Below are positions 28,541 to 40,526 of a stretch of 64,000 bases of DNA, piece by piece. The translations under genes and the position numbers were made by a program. A model generated the notes under the pieces. It was not told where the DNA came from, did no database searches, and was given only the letters and a program-made list of their open reading frames with translations. The stretch comes from Utricularia gibba. Taxonomy: Eukaryota > Plantae > Magnoliophyta. Position 1 is the stretch's first letter; each line of letters opens with the position of its first letter. Location of the stretch: the NCBI GenBank assembly GCA_002189035.1, contig CM007991.1:2728001-2792000 (forward strand). The letters run 5' to 3'.

Positions 28541-31500
28541 TCAAGCAGTCGCTGCAGTGGCGGCATCCTCCGCCATTTGGGACGGCGAAAGAAGAGTGCA
28601 GATGAGGTTCCGGTCACCGTACACATTGTCCACACGTCCTGAGATGGCAAAAGTGTATGATGGGATGAATATCAGAATAACTGCATTCCAAGAAGCATGG
28701 TATTCAACTCAAGATTCTATTTTGATGAGGAGGAGGAACCTGTGGAAGGCCAGAACTTTGCAGTTTTGAGCCAAGATGCAGGATAAGCGGCGTACTCTCG
28801 TGAGTAGGGTTTTTTCCAAACATCAGCCATAAGAAGGGAAGGGGGATGAGGGGCACCCTGAAAGTGTATGTGGGGGTAAGAACCGGAGCTTTTCCCACAC
28901 AACGTGTTAACAGATTTGGTACCTTGAGAACATTGTCATGGATGTCAGCCTTTCCTTTCTCTATCTGAGAAATTTCTTCTTTGATGGCTATGAGTGCATC
29001 GCAAAATCTATCCAGCTCTGCCTGCAAAGAGAAAACAACACAGGTTTCATATTACAGAGGATGAATGCATGGTTTTCTTACTGTGTTTTTCTTTGTTACC
29101 TTGCTTTCGCTCTCTGTTGGCTCGATCATGAGAGTTCCGGGTACCGGCCAGGACATTGTTGGTGCATGGAATCCGTAGTCCATGAGACGCTTTGCAACAT
29201 CCTCCGGCTCGATTCCAGCAGTGTTCTGAGGCAGAAGGATGCACATGTTATGCTCATGAATGTGTCAAAATCAAAACTGAAGTATGCGGATGAAGTACAG
29301 ACTCACTTTGAAACCTCTTAAGTCAAGAATGAATTCATGGGCAACCGTCCCATTGACGCCTCGGAAAAGAACAGGGAAATAATTCTGTTGGTCCAAATCA
29401 TAGAATATAGACAAGTTAGCATATGGCAATGAACATGCCCCAAGTTATGATAAAATACAGACCTCTAAGCGCTTTGCCATGTAGTTCGCGTTCAAGATTG
29501 CCATCTTGGATGCCTCTGTTAATCCCTCTGATCCCATCATGGCAATGTAGGTGTATGATATGGGCAAGATCAGGGCTGATCCCCATGGAGCAGCAGAAAT
29601 AGTTCCAAGCGACTGAGACTGATCTGGTGCTGGTATGCCTCCAGTAGGCACCTTAAACCCAAAAAAGAAAACGTAAATCAAGCATCACTAGTTTCCCAGA
29701 AGAACCATTCTGCAGTCTGAATAGTGTACTTACTACAGGGTGTGATGGTAGAAATGGTGCAAGGTGTTTCTTGACTCCAATAGGCCCCATACCAGGACCA
29801 CCCCCACCGTGAGGGATGCAGAAAGTTTTGTGGAGATTTAGATGGCAAACGTCAGCACCAATGAAACCAGGGCTTGTCAAACCAACCTGATGTGGCCCAA
29901 AAATTGGTTGGTAAAGACAATGAATTGAGAAAAGAAGACTATAACATGTAAACATACGAAATATTAGAAAACCTGAGCATTCATGTTAGCTCCATCCATG
30001 TAAACCTGTCCACCATTATCATGAATTATTTTACAGATCTCATCAATGCCTTCCTCATAAACTCCATGAGTGGAAGGGTATGTCACCTGCAAATAGGGAA
30101 ATCAAAGTCAGAGGTCAAATCCTCTAGTAGGAAAAACGTGAATTCTAATACCATGAGCGCAGACAGCGTGTCCTTGTTTGCTTCCGCAGCTTTCCTCAAC
30201 TCTTCAATGTTAATATTTCCCTTAGAATCAGTCCCAACTGTCACAATTTTCATGCCACACATAGCTGCACTAGCAGGGTTTGTTCCATGTGCTGAGACGG
30301 GTATGATGCAAACATTACGGTGGTTGTCTCCTCTTGCCTGTGTATTAAGGTTATCAGAAACTTTCTAATGCCTGTCGAGTCCATTGTCAGAAAAATGACC
30401 ATATTGTTCAGTTACCAAGTGATAAGCACGAATAACCATCAGCCCAGCATACTCTCCAGCAGCACCAGCATTAGGTTGAAGAGAGAAGGAATCAAAGCCG
30501 GTGATCGTACACAAAATCTCACCCAAGTTCTTGAACATTTCCTGCAAGGTATTAATCCATTGTTAGCACAAGTCATCATTAATTGGATGCCCATTTTATA
30601 ATCTTTTAGAGAGTGTCTGGTTACCTGGTATCCAGCAGCCTGTTCAACAGGTGCAAAAGGATGAAGATCTGAAAACGCAGGCCATGTAACAGGCATCATC
30701 TCACTGGTTGCATTCAGTTTCATGGTGCAAGATCCTAAGGGAATCATGCTGTGGCACAGTGAGAGATCCTTTGATTGAAGCCGATGGATGTACCTCAGGA
30801 GCTCATGCTCTGTATGGAAACTATAAAGCAGAAAGCATGTTAAACCTTTTTTATCTGAAAACACAGGATCATGATATTAGCATCATGACAAAATTCATAC
30901 GAGTTGAATATTTGCTGAGTAAGATATGGGCTCCTCCTTACAAGCTGAGCTGGAATAGAACTTTCAACCTCTGGTGCAAGAGATGCAGCACTGAATGCAA
31001 CCTGGTTTATTGACACAATGCCATGTCAGTAAAATGTATTTAGAAAATGCATCAGTAAACTTCAATTTTCTGTACTCACTGGCTTGCCCAGTGAGAAGAC
31101 TTCAAAGAGCTTGTCCACATCCTCCAGTGTAGTTGTTTCGTCGAAAGCAACCGTTATCTGGTAGAAAAGAGAGATTGCTACACTGAATCAACAAAGAAAT
31201 GATTATGGGAGTATCAAAAGCTGGTTGAGACTCACTGTATTCTGATCAACAATGCGTAAATTGATATGCTTCTTGTAAGCAGCATCAGCAATGGCCTGTG
31301 CATCGCCACTTTTGATTTTCACTGTGTCGAAGAAAGGAAGTCCCTGGACTTCAACTCCCCCAGTTTCTTTAATCCAGCAGCAAAAGTTTCAGCCAAACCA
31401 TGAACCCTTTGTGCAATAGTTTTTAACCCCTCCGGACCATGATATACAGCATACATTGCAGCCATATTAGCAAGTAAAGCCTGCATATAAAGTTTTTTTT

Positions 31501-32786
31501 TTTCAGAACCTTCCCCCTGCTATCATATATAATATGGAAATGATTACAGGCCATTTGAAACAAATGGAAACACTAACCTGAGCGGTGCATATGTTACTTG
31601 TCGCCTTGTCACGACGAATATGCTGCTCTCTTGTTTGCATTGCCATACGTAGAGCAGGCTTGCCTGATGAATCAACACTGACACCGATAATCCTTCCTGG
31701 CATCATTCTTTTGTACTCTTGGGATGTGGCTAAAAAAGCTGCATGAGGTCCTCCATAGCCCATGGGCACTCCAAATCTCTGAGCTGATCCAACCACAATA
31801 TCAGCACCGAATTCTCCTGGTGGCTTCAGTACAGTCAAGGCTAACAAATCAGAAGCCATGACAACCTTCACCCCATTAGCATGTGCTTTTTCTACAAATT
31901 CCTTGTAATCCAATATCTCACCCTCAGTACCCGGGTATTGAACAAGCACACCACAAACATCCCCTGATTTGTAATCAATATCCTTAACATCTGAAACAAC
32001 AACTTTGAGATCAAATCCATCAGCTCTAGTCACACAAATATCAATTGTCTGAGGATGGCAGTTGCTAGCGATGATAAAGGTCTTCTTCTTCCCCTTTAGA
32101 ATATTGTTACACATGGCCATAGCCTCAGCTGCAGCCGTCCCCTCGTCAAGCAATGATGCGTTCGACATAGGCAAACCAGTAAGATCTGTGATCATGGTCT
32201 GAAAGTTCAACAAAGATTCAAGCCTCCCTTGTGAAATCTCAGCCTGATAAGGTGTGTACTGAGTGTACCAAGCAGGGTTTTCCATTATATTCCTCAAGAT
32301 AACAGGCGGCACAAAGGTGTTGTAATACCCCATCCCAATATATGACTTGAACACCTTATTTTTTGATGCTAAATCCTGCATATGGGCAAACATCTGGGAC
32401 TCTGTTAACCCTTCATCAAATATGGGCAACTTCATCTTAGCAGCACGAATAGATTTAGGCACAGTGGCATCAATAAGGGCATTGACACTCTCGAATCCAA
32501 CAAGCTCCACCATCTTAGATTGTTCCTCCGGTGTCGCGGAGTTGTGTCGGCGGGGAAAAGTGTCACTGGGTTTCAGGGATTCGACGAAAATGGATCGAGA
32601 GCCCACAAACTGAGCTAAACTTCTAGATTTAAAACTATGAACCTTGGAAGCATTGCTACCACCCTGAAGAGCACTTGGAGATAATGAAGAAACAAACCTT
32701 GTTGATCTGTACAACGGCTGCTGCTTAGAAGCAGAAACCAATCGCCTAACAATGGCCCCGTTAGCCAGCTTTCTTGTACGCTCCAT
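28541..32786 (-). CDS. GLDP: Glycine decarboxylase P-protein, mitochondrial (15 exons); one apparent -1 frameshift
   Basis: All exons traced: [42 protein letters not shown]-lysine motif [30 protein letters not shown]. Frame break in a G5 run at 31357-31361. Confidence 0.96.
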
Positions 32787-33555
32787 GGTTAGTAGGAACA
32801 AGATACGATTTTTTTCACCACAACAGAGAAAATGGGCACTGGGGTGGTGGTTGGTGTGAAGAAATGGCTTCTTCACATAACCAGAGCCCGGATAGTGGAT
32901 CTAGATTTATGATAATCCACTGGAAAATGAGTTATAAATTTTATGGGAAATTCATCCAAAATAACCCATATCCAGATCCTGTGGTCGATGCTGACCGGAA
33001 TCTGTAACCAAAAAAAAAAAACGAAACTTTGAATCCACAAACATGGGAATACGAGATCGAACGAATGGAAGGGAACGAATGCGAGTGGATTGAGATTCAA
33101 TGGATCACATTATTAAGAAAATGTGTGGGTGACGCATGAACGGCCCAATGAAAGGAATCATGAGGCTGGCTTGCAATCTCCTCTTTCGTTCTCACGACAC
33201 GCGCGAGATCTTCCGGGAAGATCCAAATCTTCTTGAGTGATTCATATACCACCGATGACCAAAACTTACCATTTTCCTCCCACAACAACCTTCTCAAATT
33301 CATCGTCAAACTTCCCAAACATTTACGAAATTGTAATAATTATTACAGGCCTCATTTGTCTTTGAAAAAAAATAGTACACTTTTGTTGCATTCTTTTCAA
33401 TTTCGACAAAAACAAAATTCATCGGCATCCTTCTAAACTCACGGTGTATTTGGACAAGATCTACAATGGCTACAGCACTGGAATAGTACCGTGGTTTTTT
33501 CAAGAGTCAAGACAATAGCTTTTTCAATCCAGAAGAAAAACCAACAATAAGCAAC

Positions 33556-36500
33556 CTAAGGTGCCACGGGGGCGGCGCCAATGCCTTTCGCCTTCGCTGT
33601 GGCAGTAGCCACAGCTGCAGCTGCACTGGCGGCTGCATTTGCAGGTGCTGAAGCAGCAACATTTGGCTGTGTCTTCAAAGAATCCTGTGCAAGGAGGGCC
33701 TTGATCTGATTGCCCGAAAGCGTCTCGTGCTCGAGCAGAGCATTTGCCAGAACATGCAGCTCTTTGTTGTGGGTTGTTAGGATGGTCTTGGCATTGTTGT
33801 ATGCTCTATCCAAGAATTCCTTGACCTCCTTTTCGATGAGAAGCCTCGTTTCGGTGCTCATGCTCTTGCCATTATCGTCATAGTTGTGTGTGACGACTCC
33901 CACCTCCTTGCTCATGCCATACTTGGTTACCATTGCTCGAGCCAGGGCAGTGGCTTTCTGGAGATCGCTTGATGCTCCGGATGTAACCTCACCTTCTCCG
34001 AAGATGAGCTCCTCTGCGACCCGTCCACCCATGCAAACATCTAGTCGGGCGAGCATCTGCTTTCGAGATATACTGGTTTCATCCTTTTCGGGCAACTGGG
34101 AAACCATCCCAAGAGACATTCCTCGCGGGATAATGGTTGCTTTGTGGACTGGAAGTGCGCCATCCGTGTGTATAGCTACGAGAGCATGGCCACCCTCATG
34201 ATACGCTGTCAACTTTCGTGATTCAGGAGATATCACAGCTGATTTGCGCTCACTTCCCATCATGATCTTATCCTTGGCGTACTCCATATGAGCCATGGTT
34301 ACTGCTTTGGCACCGTCCATAGCAGCTTTTAGAGCAGCAACATTGACCAAGTTGGCAAGATCAGCTCCAGAGAAACCAGGGGTTCCTCTAGCAATGATCA
34401 TAAGATCGAGATCTTCTGCCTTGAGAATCTGTCAATAAGAAAAAAAGCTTAGAATATGCAGTAGAAGTACATGTATTCAAAACATTATTAAAAACTTACC
34501 GCTGTCATATGTGATTCCAAGATCTGCCTGCGCCCTTCAACATCAGGATTTGGAACAACAATATGGCGATCAAATCGTCCTGGTCTTACCAGTGCCTTAT
34601 CCAACGATTCAGGAAAATTTGTTGCAGCAATCACAATAATTCCTTGATTTTGCTTGAAACCATCTAGCTCAACAAGCAACTGATTCAGAGTCATCTTCAT
34701 GTACTGCTGATCCTTTGGATTACGGCTTCCTCCAATAGCATCAATTTCATCAATAAATATAATGCAAGGTGAACTCTTCTTTGCTGCGGCAAAAAGATCT
34801 CTAACTCTGCGTGCTCCAACACCCACAAACATTTCTTCGAATTCACTTCCGCTGCATGAAAAAAAAGGGACACCAGCTTCTCCAGCAATGGCTCTTGCCA
34901 ACATGGTTTTCCCAGTGCCTGGGGGACCAACTAGCAAAACACCTTTTGGAAGCTTCCCACCAAGGCGTGTGAAACGCTGCATCAACATTATACGATGAGA
35001 ATGCACATATGTGTAGAAGAGCTTTTACATTTCAAAGATTTGCAACTCCCTTTGCTGTACAAGAAGCAAAGCTTTCACAATTATGGATACAGATTGACTA
35101 AATCAAATTTATTTGAGAATATTCGCGGCAACCTATTACCAACCCAAGTTTCTTCTGCTTAAGATTCATGCAGATTAACACCATAGGGTGTAAATTATAC
35201 TTAAAAAGAATTTTGCGAAACAAATAAAGCATGACTTATATACCTTTGGATCACGAAGGTAGTGAACGATCTCCTCAAGCTCGGCCTTGGCCTCATCAAC
35301 TCCCTTTACATCACTAAACTTTGTATTAGAATCCATGGTAGGCCGCACTTCTTCATGTAAACCGAGCCCTATTAGAATCAACCAACGGAAAAGAAATTAT
35401 CATTCAGTCAACGCAATCAAACAGACGGATATGTGCATTACCTTTACCAATTCCCCTATCCTCAATCAATGCTCCAATCCCTGAGACCAGAAGGAAAGCC
35501 ACAGCCAACGCACGGAAAGTGCGCCATAGTTGCTCCTTAAGATTTCCTCCTTCAGTTGTCACCATGTGAATAGGAGTACCAGCAGTCCAAGAATTCCATC
35601 CTTGGCGGTCTTTCCAACATTCCGAAGGGAAGATGAAAATGCTCCAAGGCTTTCTTCATCTACCTGTGAGCGTGCAGCTGGAGAAATTCCAGCAGATAAC
35701 AATGAAACTTTCGAACACATTGCAAAAGGCAGATAGTAATGAAACTTTCGAACACATTTACATTTCAGCAGACCAACCTTTTTGAATTGTCTTCAGAAGC
35801 TTACTTTCATCAAGCCTATCAACCTTCACCAAAGCCTTAATGTATTCAGCTAGAGCTGAATGGTTTGAATGAAGAGAAGAATTCGTCTCAAACAGCCTTA
35901 TTACTCTCTCAGGATCAGTCTGACGATACAGCTCCCTAAGATACGAAGAATCATTTGCTCCATTTACATCATGTGCTCTCCAAGCTAGACTGCTAAAGTA
36001 ACTACAACTTCTCGGAGTGCTGGTTGCAGGGGTAAATGGAAGCAGCTTATACCCTAAACCAAAAAAAAAAAAAAAAAAATAAAGCAAATAATTAAGAACA
36101 ATGAGTAACTGAGGAAGAAGCTATGAAAATGAAATACAAATGATACAGGGACTATAAAGGAGCAGCGATTACAATATTGCATACCTGTGTCCCTGATATT
36201 GCATGTTGCTGTTTGGAAGGGTCTCATAGCATAGGTAAACTGCCTCAAAACTGACTCGTGGACTTTGGCCTGCAATAGCCCTTCCCAGTTACAAATAAGA
36301 AGATTCAACTTATAGGAACGAATCTGAACCATTCAAGCTTTAAGGAGATGGATTTGAAAATAACCCTACCTCAAGTTTGAAAATCACACCAAAGTACACT
36401 ACAGAGCATGAACCTAGAAATCGACAATAAATATGCGTATCCAGTCTCTAAAGAAAGCAACACAGACAATCAAACTCGATTACTCATTCCAATACCTACG

Positions 36501-36649
36501 AAGCCATAGTCCCCTTCATTTTCTAGTACAGCACACAAAACAAATTTAAAAAGAGAAAATTTATCCAAGGAAGAGAAAAAATCAAATCTTTCCAAATCAG
36601 AGCAGCATAATTCATGGACAACCTTACTAAGAAGACGCCTCAGAGGCAT
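33556..36649 (-). CDS. FTSH4: ATP-dependent zinc metalloprotease FTSH4 (mitochondrial i-AAA); one apparent -1 frameshift
   Basis: Walker A GPPGTGKT, Walker [18 protein letters not shown], zinc motif HEGGH, FTSH4-type N-terminus [16 protein letters not shown]. Frame break at ~35587. Confidence 0.93.
35692..35758. repeat. 30-bp direct duplication inside an FTSH4 intron
   Basis: gcagataacaatgaaactttcgaacacatt (35692-35721) vs gcagatagtaatgaaactttcgaacacatt (35729-35758), 28/30 identical. Confidence 0.9.
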
Positions 36650-36917
36650 GACGAATAAAGCGAAAGCCCCGCACTCCGCCCTCCCTCGAACGTTGAACCC
36701 TTGATCTTGCGCGATATATAGCAGCGACCCGAACTTGCGAGTGAAGAAACTCAAAAGCAGATATTTTGTTTCGTAATTTTATTCACGAAATGCGACTAAG
36801 TATGCAACATGACGGGTCTGTACTGCACTGCAACACCCCTCTTCTTCAATGTTCTTCTATCCCCACATTTCTCCATTCCCTTCAAAAATAATACACATTG
36901 TGTTGTTTTATTTAAAA

Positions 36918-36935
36918 ATATATATATATATATAT
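36918..36935. repeat. (TA)n microsatellite
   Basis: Run of tatata... in the FTSH4-YLS8 spacer. Confidence 0.85.
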
Positions 36936-37285
36936 CATTTTTTAAAATAATTTATTAAAAAAGAAAAAACATTTATTAACTCTAATTTTTATTTTATCGA
37001 AAAGGGAACACCGTGGGTGCTGTGCTTCCCCGACAAAAGGGACCTCCGATGGTCTGAACACTGAATGAACATTAGACATTGTGTTTGGAAATGATCCCCC
37101 AAATGGGTCTTCTTTTTCTAATCACGATTATATACACAGGGGTGATGAAGATGCATCGAAGCTTGGTTGTTCAGCTTCTTCAGCATAATGACAGAAATAA
37201 GTCTTACAATTGCACGGGTTGCAATACATAGAAGCATATGTTTTTGAGCAGGGGAAGGGTGAACGACGGTACCTTCCGCAGTCAC

Positions 37286-37908
37286 TCAGTAGCGGTATTT
37301 GGTGGAGTAATCTTTGGGAGCAATGACGAGACCACGCCCCTTCCTTGCGCCGCGGTACACGGTTTCCACGATGTCGATGAACTCCTGCTTGTCCTTCAAT
37401 GCCCAGTTGATCTTGTTGTTGTTTCCAGTCCCCAGATCAATCATTATATGTTTGTTCCTGAAGAAGAACATCACCGTCGAGGGATCGTACAGCTCGTACA
37501 TCGTGTTGAAGTCCGGTACCTCCGTGATATCAACAAGATATATCACTGCGAAGTTCTTGATCGTATCCGCCACCGACGCCAACACCTCGTCCATCTGCAA
37601 TTCGGACACGGATCAAAAACACAAAAAGCCCCAATTTTTTTGGATACAAACATCATCAAGCCGCCGGAACTCTGATTCACACAAATTATCGTCACAGAGG
37701 CCTCAACGGCATTCTTAAATTGCAAATAAACGAAGAGAACAGCTAATTCAGGTTAAATTGGGGAAAGCGAAGTTGGATTCGACATCACCTGCATACAGGT
37801 TTCATCCCAGTCATGGCCGAACCGGATGATAACGAGGCGCTCCTCCTCCGCGAGGATGGCTTGATCGACGGCCCAGCCGGAGTGAAGGTGTGGCAGAAGG
37901 TACGACAT
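37286..37908 (-). CDS. YLS8: Thioredoxin-like U5 snRNP protein YLS8/DIM1 (2 exons)
   Basis: Exons 37908-37789 and 37594-37286 give MSYLLPHLHSGWAVDQAI...CMQ|MDEVLASVA...KDYSTKYRY, the near-invariant DIM1 sequence. Confidence 0.98.
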
Positions 37909-38002
37909 CGTTGCTCCGAAGCTTTTTCTTCTAGAAGCTGCGACCTAGCTCTCTGGATTTCCACAACGGGGGAAGCCAAGGGAAATTGCTTGAAACACAC
38001 GC

Positions 38003-38064
38003 TGGGCCTTTTCTATTTCTAAATATGGGCCTGTAATTATATATTTTAATAGGCCCATTGGGCC
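38003..38064. promoter_or_regulatory. Four Site II elements (TGGGCC/GGCCCA) in the divergent YLS8 / mitochondrial carrier promoter
   Basis: TGGGCC 38003 and 38026, GGCCCA 38052, TGGGCC 38059, all within about 160 bp of the YLS8 ATG. Confidence 0.7.
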
Positions 38065-38681
38065 TGAGGGACTAACCCACGAAGATGAGACTGATGTTTT
38101 TTTAATAATTAATTTTTAAATTAACAATATATGAAACCTTTGTTAATAGATTAATAGATAACATATTTGAATTATTTATTTATATATTTTAATTAAAATA
38201 TATTTAATATATATTTTTTTAATAAAACTGGCATCTTAAGCATGATTATTAGGGTTTAGAAATTGTGTAAGCATGTCTATGAAGCACGTTCTGACTATTG
38301 ATCAAGAAAAATTAAACACGTGCTAAATGATGTCCCGCGGTCCGCGGAGAACATAAAGTTACCCAATCGGCCCAGAAAACGGCGGCTACGGCCCAGAAGC
38401 GAAAGAGTGTGAGGGGTACGTGTCCGATTCCACGTAATCCTTAAACAAAACCCTTGAACCAGACGAGAACTCCAGCGCCGCCCAATCGCCGTAACGCCCT
38501 CGCACAGTCGTTAGCACCATCAATTCCAGATGCTCTACCTGCGTCTGCACTCTGATCATTCTCTGAAATGAAAGGTACTGGTGGATGATCATCAATCTCA
38601 CCGTCGGAATGGTGGATTCCTAGTAGTTTTGATGCTGTGATCGGAATCATTTGTCCATCTCGTATTTGCGAGATTGCTGCG

Positions 38682-38804
38682 ATGGCTCGTTGGCCCGGTC
38701 TGGGCTTGAGGTCGTGGGGTAGGCTTAGACTCGGAACGTTTATCTATTTCCAGTTTGATGACTTCTTCTCGAAACTAGTACGTCTCAAGTCGTCATCACT
38801 TTAG
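38682..38804 (+). other. 40-aa upstream ORF in the 5' leader of the mitochondrial carrier (candidate conserved-peptide uORF)
   Basis: ATG 38682 to TAG 38802-38804 encodes MARWPGLGLRSWGRLRLGTFIYFQFDDFFSKLVRLKSSSL. The stop is immediately followed by a GT donor, with an acceptor near 38870, ahead of the main ATG at 38925. Confidence 0.55.
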
Positions 38805-38924
38805 GTGTACATATATTTAATTCAGAAGAAAAAGTTGATCTCTGTCTCTTGGTTTGGGGTCTGCTTATAGGATATCTTGTTGGAGTCTACGAGGCTTGTT
38901 TGTTTTACTACAGAAGTGGATAAG

Positions 38925-39959
38925 ATGAGTTTAGGCACAGCCGAGGATGATTCTTCATCTGAAATCCATCTGCCCCGGGATATAGATTGGGAGATGCTTG
39001 ATAAATCGAAGTTTTTCTTCCTCGGCGCAGCCTTGTTCTCTGGTGTTTCGGCTTTTCTTTACCCAATCGTGGTAATGAAAACGCGTCAGCAGGTGACTCT
39101 TAATGATACTTCATGCTTTAAAATGGCCACCTCCATCTTGAGGAATGAAGGATACAGAGGATTCTACCGTGGTTTTGGAACATCCATAGCGGGAACTGTT
39201 CCTGCTCGTGCGCTTTACATGGGTACACTTGAGATTACAAGGTGTAATGTGGGGCACTTTGCCAGTAGCCATTTGGGTCTACCTGAGGCATCAGCATGCG
39301 CAATTGCGAATGCAGCTGCTGGGCTTAGTGCCGCCGTAGCCGCTCAGTTGGTTTGGACGCCAATTGATGTTGTGAGCCAGAGACTGATGGTTCAGGGAGG
39401 AGGGTATGAAGCCATTTCTTCAGCTAATGGCTTGAGAAGGTACAATGGCGGGATCGATGCCTTTGAGAAAATCATACGCTCTGATGGATTGAGGGGACTG
39501 TACAGGGGATTCGGAATCTCAATCCTGACTTATGCTCCATCCAATGCTGCGTGGTGGGCTTCCTACTCCATGGCTCATAGATGGATATGGAGTAGCTTTG
39601 GGTGTTACTCTTACACCAAGAAGAACGAAAATGGAAATGGTGCCAATATATGTGGACCTGATGGGAAATTTGTGCTTGGCGTCCAGGCTCTGTGTGCCTC
39701 CATGGCTAGTGGAGCATCTGCCTTGTTGACAATGCCATTAGATACAGTTAAAACAAGGCTGCAAGTCTTGGAGGGAGAAGAAAGTGGGCACCGAAGAAAG
39801 CCAACTGTTTTCCAGACAGTTACAAACTTGGTAAAACAAGGTGGATTAAGTGCTTGCTACAGAGGCTTTGCCCCCAGATGGGCTTCTATGTCCATGTCTG
39901 CCACGACCATGATCACCACCTACGAGTTTCTTAAGCAGCTGTCTGCCAAGAACCAATGA
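38925..39959 (+). CDS. Mitochondrial substrate carrier, SLC25A44-like (At1g72820/At5g26200 type), intronless CDS
   Basis: IDWEMLDKSKFF start and three carrier-type motifs (YPIVVMKTRQQ, TPIDVVSQRLM, MPLDTVKTRLQ). Confidence 0.95.
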   Translation: MSLGTAEDDSSSEIHLPRDIDWEMLDKSKFFFLGAALFSGVSAFLYPIVVMKTRQQVTLNDTSCFKMATSILRNEGYRGFYRGFGTSIAGTVPARALYMGTLEITRCNVGHFASSHLGLPEASACAIANAAAGLSAAVAAQLVWTPIDVVSQRLMVQGGGYEAISSANGLRRYNGGIDAFEKIIRSDGLRGLYRGFGISILTYAPSNAAWWASYSMAHRWIWSSFGCYSYTKKNENGNGANICGPDGKFVLGVQALCASMASGASALLTMPLDTVKTRLQVLEGEESGHRRKPTVFQTVTNLVKQGGLSACYRGFAPRWASMSMSATTMITTYEFLKQLSAKNQ

Positions 39960-40526
39960 TCAGTTCTCCTTTTGAGAAGGAAGAAAGAGCATTTTTTTTT
40001 TCTCTCCAGTTTGCCTCCGGATTGAGTCAATTTGGGGGCAAGTGTGGTTGCTGCCGTTGTAAATAATATGTATAAAAACATCTCCTTGAGAACTCTTGCT
40101 GTTGACATGCGGAGAGAAAAATCAGGTTCGCAAATGGTTTTAAATTTGGATTTAAATGATAAATTTCTCTTTTATTTAAGAATAAATCAAGTTAAAAGAT
40201 ATTTTTAAATAATTTAGATTTAGTTTTTTTTTTTGTTTTTTAAATTTCTGTATGGCGTTCAACGAGCATCCTACCCGCCCCGCTGACGCCCATTTCCCTC
40301 CCATTTCTTAGTTCATGACAGCGGGAACTGCGGAGTCGAAGGCGTTCGCCGCCTTTTGCCGTCGTGAGGAGGTTGGAAATTCTGTTAATCCTTTCTAATT
40401 CAAGAGGTTTTCTGTTGATTTGAACTTTCAAGATGTTCATATCATTTGACTCCAATGAATCTGATAATATTCGCTCAGTTGGTGTCATGAATATCGTTTT
40501 TCTGTAGAATTTTTTGTTGTGAACCC

